From contig OZ004609.1 of the NCBI GenBank assembly GCA_963924565.1, forward strand, positions 28,768,001 to 28,832,000: a stretch of 64,000 nucleotides of DNA, given 5' to 3'. The stretch comes from Ascidiella aspersa. Taxonomy: Eukaryota. The notes beneath the pieces were generated by a model. It was not told the DNA's origin, made no database searches, and saw only the letters and a list, made by a program, of their open reading frames with translations. The translations under genes and the position numbers were made by a program. Below are positions 24,370-34,559 of the stretch, piece by piece (within the stretch, counting starts at the first letter, position 1; every line of letters starts with the position of its first letter).

Positions 24370-25163
24370 CAGGGCCGGATTAAGGGTACTTTATGCCTAA
24401 GGTTGTTTAATTGAGAAGGGCCTAATTTACTAGAGAAGGGCATAATTACCATAACTTCGAAAAGCCTAGAGCCTTAGACCAAACTTAAAAAACACTCTAA
24501 CTCAGTAGTTCTCAACCGCCACGTCAACTTTCCTGTCGGCCGCCAAATATTTTACAATTTTATATCTCAATTGCAAAACGCAAGATGTTAAAAACTTGAC
24601 TTCATTACTTTATCGTAAGTCACAATGCTGCAAGTATTCTGCTCAACTTTTTAAAAGTAGGCTACAACTCGTTTAATCAGTCTTAAACTTTATAAATTGC
24701 TTAATAATGGTGACAATAGACGCCAGTCACGCAGCAACTGTATTGAATTGCAAGTTCCAACTATTGAATAAAGAAAAAAATGACTAAGGGCCAAATTTTT
24801 CTAGGGCCTAAGGCAGGGGTTCTTAAACTTTTTTCGCCACGGACCCCTAAAATATTTTTTGCCTCGCGTGGACCACAGGAGTTTTATTTATATTTATATA
24901 CGACGTCATAAATTGACGTCACAGTACCAATAGAATTTATGAATAATCAGATTTCGGTCCAAAAACGTGAAAGGGAAATGGAGTAAAAATACATTCAGTG
25001 CAAAACCGTTTTATTTTTAATCAAACTGCAATGATTACTTTCTAAATATACTCTCATATTTTAAGTAGGTCTTTATGGACCCCTAAGGGGTCCATGGACC
25101 CCAGTTTAAGAACCCCTAGCCTAAGGCAATAGCCTTATTAGCATAATGGTTAATCCGGTCCTG
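24370..25163. mobile_element. hAT-like (CAGGGCCGG) non-autonomous element hosting a nested MITE
   Basis: TIRs CAGGGCCGGATTAA / TTAATCCGGTCCTG; 8-bp TSD CTAATCGT / GTTATCGT (6/8 match). Confidence 0.75.
24814..25118. mobile_element. Young hAT MITE, 305 bp, nested
   Basis: TIRs CAGGGGTTCTTAAACT / AGTTTAAGAACCCCTA; perfect 8-bp TSD GCCTAAGG; GGACCCC subterminal repeats. Confidence 0.9.
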
Positions 25164-25364
25164 GTTATCGTTCAAAGTTTTGCAAAAATATGAAAATAAC
25201 AATTTAAGTTTAAATATATTCAAAGAGGTGGCTTGTTAGCCTATAGCAGTGGTCGTCAACGTTTTAACAGATGGACTAATTTTATATAATATTAAAAGAA
25301 TTCCTGGATATCGGAATATTAGGTTGTTTCACACTACAAATGTAAAACGAAAGGAGATTTACGA

Positions 25365-25416
25365 TTTGCTTTCCTGATTGCTGATTTGTCATCAGTTTCA
25401 GAAGTTCCAGTGAAGT
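25365..25416 (-). pseudogene. Small fragment of sulfotransferase exon 1
   Basis: TTGCTTTCCTGATTGCTGATTTGTCATCAGTTTCAGAAGTTCCAGTGAAGTT versus parent TTGCTTTGCTGATTGGTGATTTGCCATCAGTTTCATATGTTCCATTTAAGTT (21631-21682). Confidence 0.6.
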
Positions 25417-26249
25417 TGAACCAATAATACAGATTTATTTTTGTTTGTTGGTCGGTTGTCACTCCGTCTGTTGGTCCGCTACAAAAAAGAGTGGCAAGCG
25501 TGCGACGTGGTCCACACTTTAAATTTGTTAAACTATAATTATAGTTTCAGGCAGAAAAAAGAAAGACGTCACACAACATAAAATGCCACCAGGTTTTGCC
25601 GTTTTAGCAACTGGCTTTATTCACACTAGCACAATTCCCGATTAGGATGCCTCAACTTAATGGCTTTCTTCTTTATACTAACAGTAGGCCTATCAACAAG
25701 GAACCATAATACTTTCAAACGGGTGACAGTCGTTTCTTGCCTTGGAGGCCGTTTGCTTAGCACCTCTTTAATAAAGCTACACCGTAAGAATTTGAATAGA
25801 ACTATACAGGCCCATACGTTTTTCATGACCTATTAACGCCTTTGCATAACAACATCGCTCATTTCGATTGAACTACAGCAAAGTGTGTCAAATACTTTCA
25901 CGAATTTATCCAAAATATTAAAACGTTAATGGGATTCACAGGTACAATTTTCTATACAAAGCCAGTAGGCCTAAATGTATTTAATTTTTTATAGCACTAT
26001 TTATCTAGTTTTATTAGAAAAGAGGTTTAGTCACAAATAACTATAGGAGAGCAGAGCTTAAAAATACAAGCCTATCCCACGGAGACGCACATGCCCATAT
26101 AGTATTCAACATGTCGTTCATTTTAAAGAAAATTATTTTAAGAGTACAAGCAAAACAGTCACATAAAAAGGCAGAAATTTGGATTTGGAACATTTCTTTT
26201 TTGAGAGTTTTGCTGATGTAAAGTAAATACATAAAAAACATAGAAAATA

Positions 26250-26725
26250 GCGATCTGAACTTGGTAGGAAGCTTGGGTTGATGCTGTTTAATTTGTCACC
26301 AAGTCAATTGGGGCAACTTTTGGAAAAGAAATGTGCGGAAACTAAAATAATGATGGTTAGTTGGGTTACAGTACCCGTTTAAACGAGCATCAGTAGCCTA
26401 TACATTGTTTTGTATTGAAAAAAGCATTTGCAAAATGACTCATAACCTAACTGGTTCGCCTATAGGGCATAAGTTATCACTAGGCATTTAGGCCTATATG
26501 TATAAGATATATAGCATGTGACGTTTACTGTATCACAAATTAAAACGAGTAGGCCCAATATACTTTGAACAGTGTCCACAGTAATAAATTCGTTTCTAAG
26601 CGAAGACAGCTTGAACAAATCGGCCTTCCATAAAACTATAAACGCATCCACATATACCCGGTTATATTTACCGATATGAGGCTATTATTTCGATTTTTCC
26701 GGGTGAGAAGACGCCGATACTTGCG
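26250..26725 (-). pseudogene. Third, heavily decayed copy of the tetraspan gene (exon 2 and intron 1 remnants)
   Basis: 26250-26370 aligns with 13584-13727 (CGATCTGAACTTGG..GAAGCTTGGGT..TGGTTAGTTGGGTTAC). 26560-26725 aligns with 13765-13935. Confidence 0.75.
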
Positions 26726-26920
26726 ATGGTTCCGACTTTACGGTTCTTTGACCTAGCTAATATTGAACGTCATCGAAACGAAAAAAAAAATAGTTGTTTT
26801 TTAGAAACAACGATGCTCTTCGTTCTGTAACTCAACTCCAGCCAGCCAGACTGTATAATGTTCAATTTTTTCCCAGGTATAACTGAACAACCCACACATA
26901 AAGTATACCGGTGCACGCAC

Positions 26921-28134
26921 CAGGGCTGCAAAGTCGAACACGGACTCGGGCCAGATGCTTGACGGAGCTTTTTAAACTCGCTGAATTCGGGATTAGTGAC
27001 TCGAGTAAAACTATGCTGTAACTATCTGAGTCACTAATGAGACGTGATATGCGCAGTACCAAATTTGAAACCGACAAGGCCTTAAACTGTAAATTGTAAG
27101 GATTAGGCCTATATAGGATAGCTTCTTTGGTGGTGTAGCGTCTACTTCTGCGTCCAGGCCTACGCAGACGCCCAAACGGGTACTTCAGGTTTGACGATTC
27201 AAAAACGCGCCCTCCTACACAGTTCTCTCCCCCAACGATTCCACAAAAGCATCTAACCAAAACTTTATTATTGACACGCTTTAAAGGCTTGAAATGGCAG
27301 GACGAGCAATTATGGCAGGACGTGGCAGGACGAGCAAATAAGTGGCAGGACGAGCAAATAAGGCGAGTGAGCAGTTTTCTAAAATCAACGAATAGGCAAA
27401 TTATATATACATATTTCAACACAAAACAACAAATAGCACAAATCTCACCGAAACGTTTGTGCCTGCGTCTTCAATTAAATATGTGTCGGTACGAAGCCAA
27501 ACTGTAATAATAACATGATATTTAGGTTAGTTATTGTTGGCACAATGAAAACAATTGCCGTAACAATGAACAATAATGACAGTTCTTACAATTACTTCAC
27601 ACTGAGTTATGTTTACATGTACACTTACAACAGTCAAGACAACACATACCAAAATATCAGCTTGGTTCAAATACACAGAAAATGTAACTTCATATAGTTA
27701 GGTCAAATTTAGGTTTTAAATTACTTCTGCAAAGGCATTAACATTAAAACATTAGCAGCTTAAAAACTCAGCAAACAAAACGGCTACGTTTCCAACAAAA
27801 AAAAAGAGGCGACATCGTGACCGCATGATGCGGTGTTTTTAACCATTTAAATTACACGGAAAGGGGAACAGTTTACAAAAATGTAGATTTGCGATGTAAC
27901 AGGTGGAATATTTTGGTTAACACAATAGTTATTGTGGGTGTATGAGGTATATGACACTCCTAAAAAAAGGTTTGATCTCCACCCACCCTACTTGAGTTAG
28001 ACAGGCTGTAGAATCCGAGTCGTACTTAAGACTAGACGGAATTGGTAAACTAATCGGACTCGGGAGTCGGATTCAACTTTCTTTTTTTGGCAGAAGTCGA
28101 ACTTGGGTTGTCTTTAACCAAGTACGCAGCTCTG
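26921..28134 (+). mobile_element. CAGGGCTGC-family MITE interrupted by a solo LTR
   Basis: CAGGGCTGCAAAGTCG ... CGCAGCTCTG. Same element and same upstream flank as 15975-16384; split at 27134-27901. Confidence 0.65.
27134..27901 (-). mobile_element. Solo LTR (768 bp), same family as 23005-23717
   Basis: TG...CA termini; perfect 5-bp TSD GGTGG (27129-27133 / 27902-27906). Carries four TGGCAGGACG motifs (27294-27352) where the other copy has one. Confidence 0.88.
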
Positions 28135-28619
28135 ATTACTAAAGCAACGGGAAAAATACTAAATCTAAGGATACAAACATAATAACCTACTTCGGTGCCG
28201 GTTCCAAATTAACTGGTTTAGAACTTTAAACGGAGCGTACGGTCACAACACAACCATTTAGTTCGGTACAATAAGCAAATAATTTTGTTTATTTTGATTA
28301 CTGTTAGGCCCAGCAAACAATTTACTCCAAGAAAAATAACTTTTTCCCAAATGGCCTCCTTTATTGTCTCGTTTAAGCCAAAGATTGAACATCAAATGTA
28401 AGATCTGCCGAACAAAAAACAGTTGGAATTGCTCCTTTAAAAAATTTCTGCAAAATTTCGCTTATGGCGTCCTTGGTAAATAAAAGCAAAAATGCTGTTG
28501 GCCCTTTTTCTAAAAAAATGGATGATAGCAAATTTAAACAGGGAAACCACCACAAAAACTTCCCGCGTAATCAACGCGATTTTTTAAGATTTTGAGTTTT
28601 CATTTATTTATTATTGTAC

Positions 28620-28820
28620 GGGTAAAACTAATTTACGGAATGGTCGGAACGCTCATATTATTATTATTAAATATAAATAACACTGGACCCACCTTCACCC
28701 AATTGCTAACCCCCCCACTAACCCAAATATTGTGCGTTGGTTTAATAATTGTTTTAACGGGGTAACACTTAAATTAGTGAGCGTTCCGACCATTCATCAT
28801 TCCGTAAATTAGTATTACCC
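28620..28820. mobile_element. MITE with 23-bp TIRs and CTAACCC-type core
   Basis: GGGTAAAACTAATTTACGGAATG / CATTCCGTAAATTAGTATTACCC, plus an inner GGTCGGAACGCTCA / TGAGCGTTCCGACC pair. Confidence 0.8.
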
Positions 28821-28955
28821 TTATTATACACTTCAGGGCTTCTTTGAAACTAGTTTTGTAATTTTTTTGCCAAATTTTATATGGATACATTTGTTTTATC
28901 ATTTTTTTGACAGATTCTTAGTTGATTTTACAAACATTTCTGTAGTGTAATCATA

Positions 28956-31900
28956 ATGGAAACATACAATGAACTTATGATGTAAGTATTTTGCAAGCGA
29001 ACATTATTTGGGTTAGGGTGTGGGTTAGTGTTAGGGTTTGGGTAGGTTAAGCAATATTATTAAATAATAATACTTGACCCACCCATACACTAACCAAGTC
29101 CAACTCCCTAACCCAAAGTTTTTACTTAGTTTGTGTCGGTGATGGACTTGTGGCCAATCTGCATTCTGTGGCAGGTGCACACCTGATGTTTTTTAAAGTT
29201 TATGTGCACATCTGAATTGGTATATTGCATGTAAGAAAAAAGATAGGCGCTGGTCTAGAATCCTACCACAACGCACATTATTTGGGTTAGCGTGCAGGGT
29301 TAGCATTTGGGTTAGGGTGGGTCAAGTTTTAAAAAAAGAATGTAATAAACTTGACCAACCACACCCAAACGCTAACTCTCACCCTAACCCAAATAATGTG
29401 CGTTGATTTAATAATGTGATGGGATTCTAGGCCAGCGCCAAAAGCTAAATTGTGGTCAGATTTTAAACCTAAAGTGTGTGTGCGCAAAAGTTTGACTGAA
29501 ATGCTGCACATATAAAAATTAGGCATTGCACACCCTAGATCACGGATGGTGAACCACTGACCCGCGGGTCACTTTCTGACCCACCACACATTTTTAACGC
29601 CCCACTTGTCTCTCTACCAAAATGTTAACATCAATCATTTTCAGGAAAGATAAATGTAAAAAAACAATTCTTGGTAGATAGCACTATATACTGTTTAAAT
29701 TAGGGTTGCCTAATCTGTGGGTTGTGCAAAAGTGTCTTTATAGGGGTGATGAGTAGGCCAACATTTGCACTTCAACAAATGCGTGCAGAAAAACAGACAA
29801 CTAAAAGCATTTTGTTTATCGCTGTAAAACGTAAAGGGTGGCGATTCTTCAAGAAAAATTAAGAGCTTGCAGACTAAAAATTCTAAAAAACCTGTTTAAA
29901 TCGAGCTGAAGAGCTTTCTGATGAACTTCTGAAATCCCATAAAAAATGCTGAAGCCTTTGTCAATTATTTAGGTTCTTACTTTTCGTTTGAATACAAATT
30001 TGGGAATCGTCCCAAAACTCTAATTTACCAACTCAGACAATAACACTTGAAACGAGACAGTACCAAAGTTTCGCATAAAATTAGCATATAATTAAATATG
30101 TGACCCACTTGTGCATTTTGTTAGGATTATGGTCTTTTTTTGTGAACTGCACGATAAAAAACGTTCGCCATCCCTGCTATATGCAATACTAGAGGTGGGT
30201 GCACTTTTGACCTTTGGTGCACCCCTGCCCCCCTTTTTTTCGGCCATGCACCCATAATTTCCAATGGGCTGCTTGGTGCCAATTTCTTAACACATTTCTT
30301 CTCATTTTCTAAAATTCATTTTAAGTCTTGTCATTTGAAACCAATTTTTTATCTCAAATAAGCACATTTGCCATTTTTAAATGGCAGAAAATCCTATCCC
30401 GCACCACCCAACCTTACCTGTAGCAGAATATATTTCCCCCTCTAAATGCTTAAATGACACCAACTTGTTTGTGTGTTATTTTGCTTAAAAATATCTTCCT
30501 TTTTATTACAAAATATTAAATTACAAGACTGTAACTGTCAAAACCAAAAATTATAACAACAACTAACTTTTAGTTAGTTTAGCCATGGTTTGGAAGAGAG
30601 ACAAACAGTTTTTTTTTTTGAGTTTTTAAATTAAAAAAGTATGACATTCAAATGGCTATTATAGATGATAACCCTGGCAATTGTATACCTAATAACCCAT
30701 TTATACTTGTTGCAGTCAAGGCTGTGCTTTATTAACGGACTCTATTCTGGTTCACTTATTTTAGGATTTTAAAAGGTGCATTTAAAGAATGTTTAAACAT
30801 GCAATTTAAAAGTGCTGTACTTAAATATGCATCTTCAAATAGTGTGATGTATTTCTATCGTGCACATTAAACATCATCAAAATGATAATAATATACTTTT
30901 CAGGGTTCATAAGCTACTGTCATGCAAGTTGCTTAAGCTACAAAGCGAGCTCGCCGCTTGTCAAAACTCACTTAAACAGGACCTCAAGCAAAAATCTGCT
31001 GAAGAACTTGGCGTTTTAATTAAGGAGACAGAACACAAGTTACGGGAAAGGATTAGTGTCTCAAGCAATCAAGAAAATGTGGTCAAAATGTATAAAATAG
31101 TATAGTAAAGTATTTTTCTTTTACTAAAATACATTTTTCTACAATCTTCACTCATGTTTTCTGTTTGTGGCCGCATATACATGTCCAATTAAAAACAACT
31201 GACTTGGAAAACACTTTTTATTTTATCTTTTATTGACCATCTTGTCACTGCATGATTAAATTGATCGTTACAAATAAACATTTATCATTAATAATATATA
31301 TTCCCTCAAATCCAATTATAACAAGTTTCTAGAAAAAAGTTGACATGACGCAGTAGAAATGCCTTTTATGGTTTACAACTAGCAATTATAACATGTCGCT
31401 GGAATTTAAAAAGCAAATCTTTGTTTTAGGGCCTAGCGAATATTTTAAGTTAATTAAATTGTTATAAATATTTCGTTTCTTAAACCAGTTACAACTTTAT
31501 ATGTTGTTGTTATGAAGCACTGATAGGTTTACCTTAGACCTTACTCATACTATTTATTTGTTTGTTTCCAGGCTAAAATATGGAGAACAATGCTTTGACG
31601 CCATCTACCACAAGGAACTTGCAATCAGTGGCAATAAAGACGTCCATGATAAACTTGAAATGTGTGCCACTAAACTGTCTGCGCTCGCGCACACAAACTG
31701 TCAGTTGCACTCCAAACTCGAACTACTCGACTCCTTGCAAAAGCGACTCATCGAACAACAAAAAGTTCTCCAGGCAATCCTCTGGAAAAACCGCGACCTG
31801 TGTGTTTTGGTCGACCGCGCTAAAACAAATTCTAATGGCAGTGATGAAAACGTATTAGATGCACAGGTAACTGGGTAACGCTATATTAAACCCTAAAACG

Positions 31901-32433
31901 TTTACTTGTGTCACTTGTGTGTTTGGTAGACCAGTAAATTTGCGTTATTTTGGTATATTAAATATTAAGGTAAACAGCACGATAGCTTTTAAAAAACTTG
32001 AAGCTTAGGATGGGGGTGCATGAAAATTTTAAGATACCGCATCGCAATTTTTTTTCGCAACACCATGCTTCATAGCCATTCATAAACTTTTGTTCCCAGG
32101 CGAACTCGTCGCAAAAGTTCAGGTGAAATTTGGTATCAATATTTCGAAGAACAATGTGTCGGGAACGTTTGTTTAATTTTTTGAGGAGACATGACGCCTT
32201 GGGGTCACCATAACTATTGTGACGTTACCCGTTATAATAGCCTTTCGACTCCATTGTAAAGTTGTCCTATGTAGACCCAACAACTAGGCGATGAAGTGGA
32301 CAGCATTGCGCGGGAGTGCGCCGTGAGAAAATCGTGCTTACAGAGCTTGATTCACGCATCGCAAGTCGACTGGTTTGCCGACCCGGAGTTGGTCGACCTG
32401 ATGGTGTCCCTCGGGGAGCCGACGTCGTCGTAG
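28956..32433 (+). CDS. CENPH: Centromere protein H, 4 exons, ~221 aa
   Basis: Exons 28956-28981, 30904-31089, 31572-31866, 32275-32433 (666 nt, phases 2/2/0). A coiled-coil protein ending LQSLIHASQVDWFADPELVDLM, matching the CENP-H C-terminal signature (human FQNLILGSKVNWAEDPALKEIV, recalled). The 26-nt first exon and the AT|GTATAA donor are the least certain parts. Confidence 0.8.
29007..29439. repeat. Two palindromic GGGTTAG/CTAACCC elements in CENP-H intron 1 (29007-29117 and 29246-29439)
   Basis: Each has a TTTGGGTTAG..GGGTTAG..GGGTCAAG-type arm followed by its reverse complement. The same arm occurs at 17885-17950 and inside 28620-28820. Confidence 0.75.
29541..30176. mobile_element. 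Old hAT (Charlie-like) MITE
   Basis: CACGGATGGTGAAC / GTTCGCCATCCCTG termini; TGACCC subterminal motifs; no clear TSD. Confidence 0.55.
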
Positions 32434-32915
32434 CCAAGGATTTCCACACGAAACACTGTGTACCAAATATTCTTTAGACTTTCCTGTCTCGGTCCAAGAC
32501 AGTCATTTATAAGCTCGATTCATTTTAGAGAGAATTTCGCAGAAAAGGGGCATCGGTCGCTAGAAAAAGCAACAAAACAATGTAAACACATAAACTGATT
32601 GGTAGCAACTAAAAGAAAAAAAGTGACAGTAGAACCAAAAGCAACTAACGTGGCCTGAGTAAATGTAGGGTAAAAATTATTTGGTAATGGTTATGTGTAT
32701 AGAAAACTGGACCATCCTACTTTTCATATCTTGGAAAAAGCAACCAGCTGTGTCGTTTTTACACTTTTCTTACATTTGACCGTGATTCTCGACGTGCCGT
32801 ACGCAACTTGAGATAAGCAAAACGGTCTTGAAAAAAATAGAATCGACATCCCGTGGTTGTACAATACATGTGTGCATGCTAAATACCTTTTCTTACTTGT
32901 GGTGCAAAAAAGAAG

Positions 32916-33290
32916 CAGGGTTGCCAGATGGCCAAAATAAAAAAAGCCAAACTTATCTCGAAAAAAAAAGCCAAATCTACTACAAAACTCTAACAAGCCC
33001 ATGTTTTTCACAAAATAATTAAAATAATGCAATAAATGGCCATGCTGGTACAATTGAATTTCTCGTTTTGTTGCAATTTTCTCAATTTGTTTCTCTTTTT
33101 GTGTTTTTTTTTTGGCAAGTTTTCTCTTTTTGTGGTATTTAGATTTCTTTTTAACATATGACTCATGAACCAAAAAAAGCCTAAAAAGCCAAAATTCATT
33201 TGGATTTTATTTTTGAAAATAAAATCCAAAGAAGTTTAAAAAGGCCTAAATTTTCAATTTTGGCTTTAAAAATCTTAACTGGCAACCCTG
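32916..33290. mobile_element. MITE with CAGGGTTGCCAG TIRs
   Basis: Perfect 12-bp TIRs CAGGGTTGCCAG / CTGGCAACCCTG; internal AAAAAGCCAAA repeats. A related fragment lies at ~18595-18695. Confidence 0.8.
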
Positions 33291-34559
33291 ATAAAAGCTC
33301 ATAGTGCAAATCTGCCGAGTCGCTTATTTTGCTATTACTTCGTGATTTTCATGCGAAATGTTGAACATTTTAATATATAAACTATGTTTTGCGCGGCTGC
33401 TATTAAATGTAGACTTAAAAATTAGTTGTGTGTTGTTTCTTTTAAAATAGTGTGGAATCGGCACCAATAAAGGCAAGCTGACAATGAGTCAAAAAAACGC
33501 AGAGAAAAATTATTGCTATTTGATCTTGACAGACTTTTAAAATAGGAGGATCAAGTTTTTAGGTTTTATTGGCCATGTTTAGATTCTTTTAAGACCATTT
33601 TTCCATCTATGTAGGCTATAAAATGTAAGACTCTATATATGATTCCTATAAAGTGACCGCCAGAAATTGAAAAGTCTTTTTTGAAAAATATTGACACTTT
33701 TGTAATAATGCAAAAAAAATCCATAGATTGTCTAACTTGAACTTAGTAGTCAATTAAATAAGAAAAATTAAAGTTTTTAATCTTGTCTTGGATTTTCAAA
33801 CTAAAACTTTTTTTGCACCTAATTAAACACAATTTTTAAAGCGAAAGCAAATCTTTCAGCGCAAGCGCCATCAGTTGCGTGACGATTTATGGCGTTTGAA
33901 AGGCTAGACGTTTAGTACCACGCGTGACACATTTTTCTGTTTAGTGAACAGGGTCCAATTCAAATAAGCATCTGGAATTTGGAGCCATAATAAAGAGAAC
34001 CCCGGTGAAATGGAAGCCGGGCCTTACAGCTGACCAGTAGTTGGTGTATCATTACTGTTATTAACAGAGCTCGAAATAGGGATTCTGGACGAGGTGTTCT
34101 TGAAATTCACTCGACCGCGAGAAAAATCTATATTACACAACAGTGTTTAGTAAAGCATATTTGCTGCTTATTTTTCTTTGGTAAAATGCCACTAGAAATA
34201 CGATTCTTTATAGTAGGCCTACACGTAACGCCAATTTCACGAAAGCAGAAAATGCTATATCTTTTTATCTGTCTGCGCTGGGAAACTGATCCATGCATTT
34301 CTATTATAAAGGGAAATTGGGGTTGATCAGCACCTTTATCGATTTTCCATTTTAATTGTAGGAATGTAATTTTTGCCTTAACTACTGGTATTTTATTCTT
34401 CTTTTGGGTGAAAAAATGCTGGGTATATCTAATGAGTGGCACATTTAGAAGTTAATTTTTAATCCAACGTCTTTGATCGGACTTTTTGGGATTTGAAATA
34501 AAGTATTTAACAGTGCAAAGGCGCTTGATTCTTTCCTGTTGGGCTGTCCAAGGTTTGCA

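Noticed and set aside
26862-27507. ORFs of 186 and 78 aa (and counterparts at 23389-23752)
   Set aside because: They lie within the LTR/MITE and are similar only because the repeat is duplicated; no protein motifs.
23005-27901. A single large DNA transposon with 700-bp TIRs, or one full-length LTR element
   Set aside because: Each arm has its own distinct TSD, the arms are inverted rather than direct, and the interior is host pseudogene and MITE sequence with no transposase or gag-pol.
32724-33229. Lys-rich ORFs
   Set aside because: Translations of A/T tracts inside the 32916-33290 MITE.
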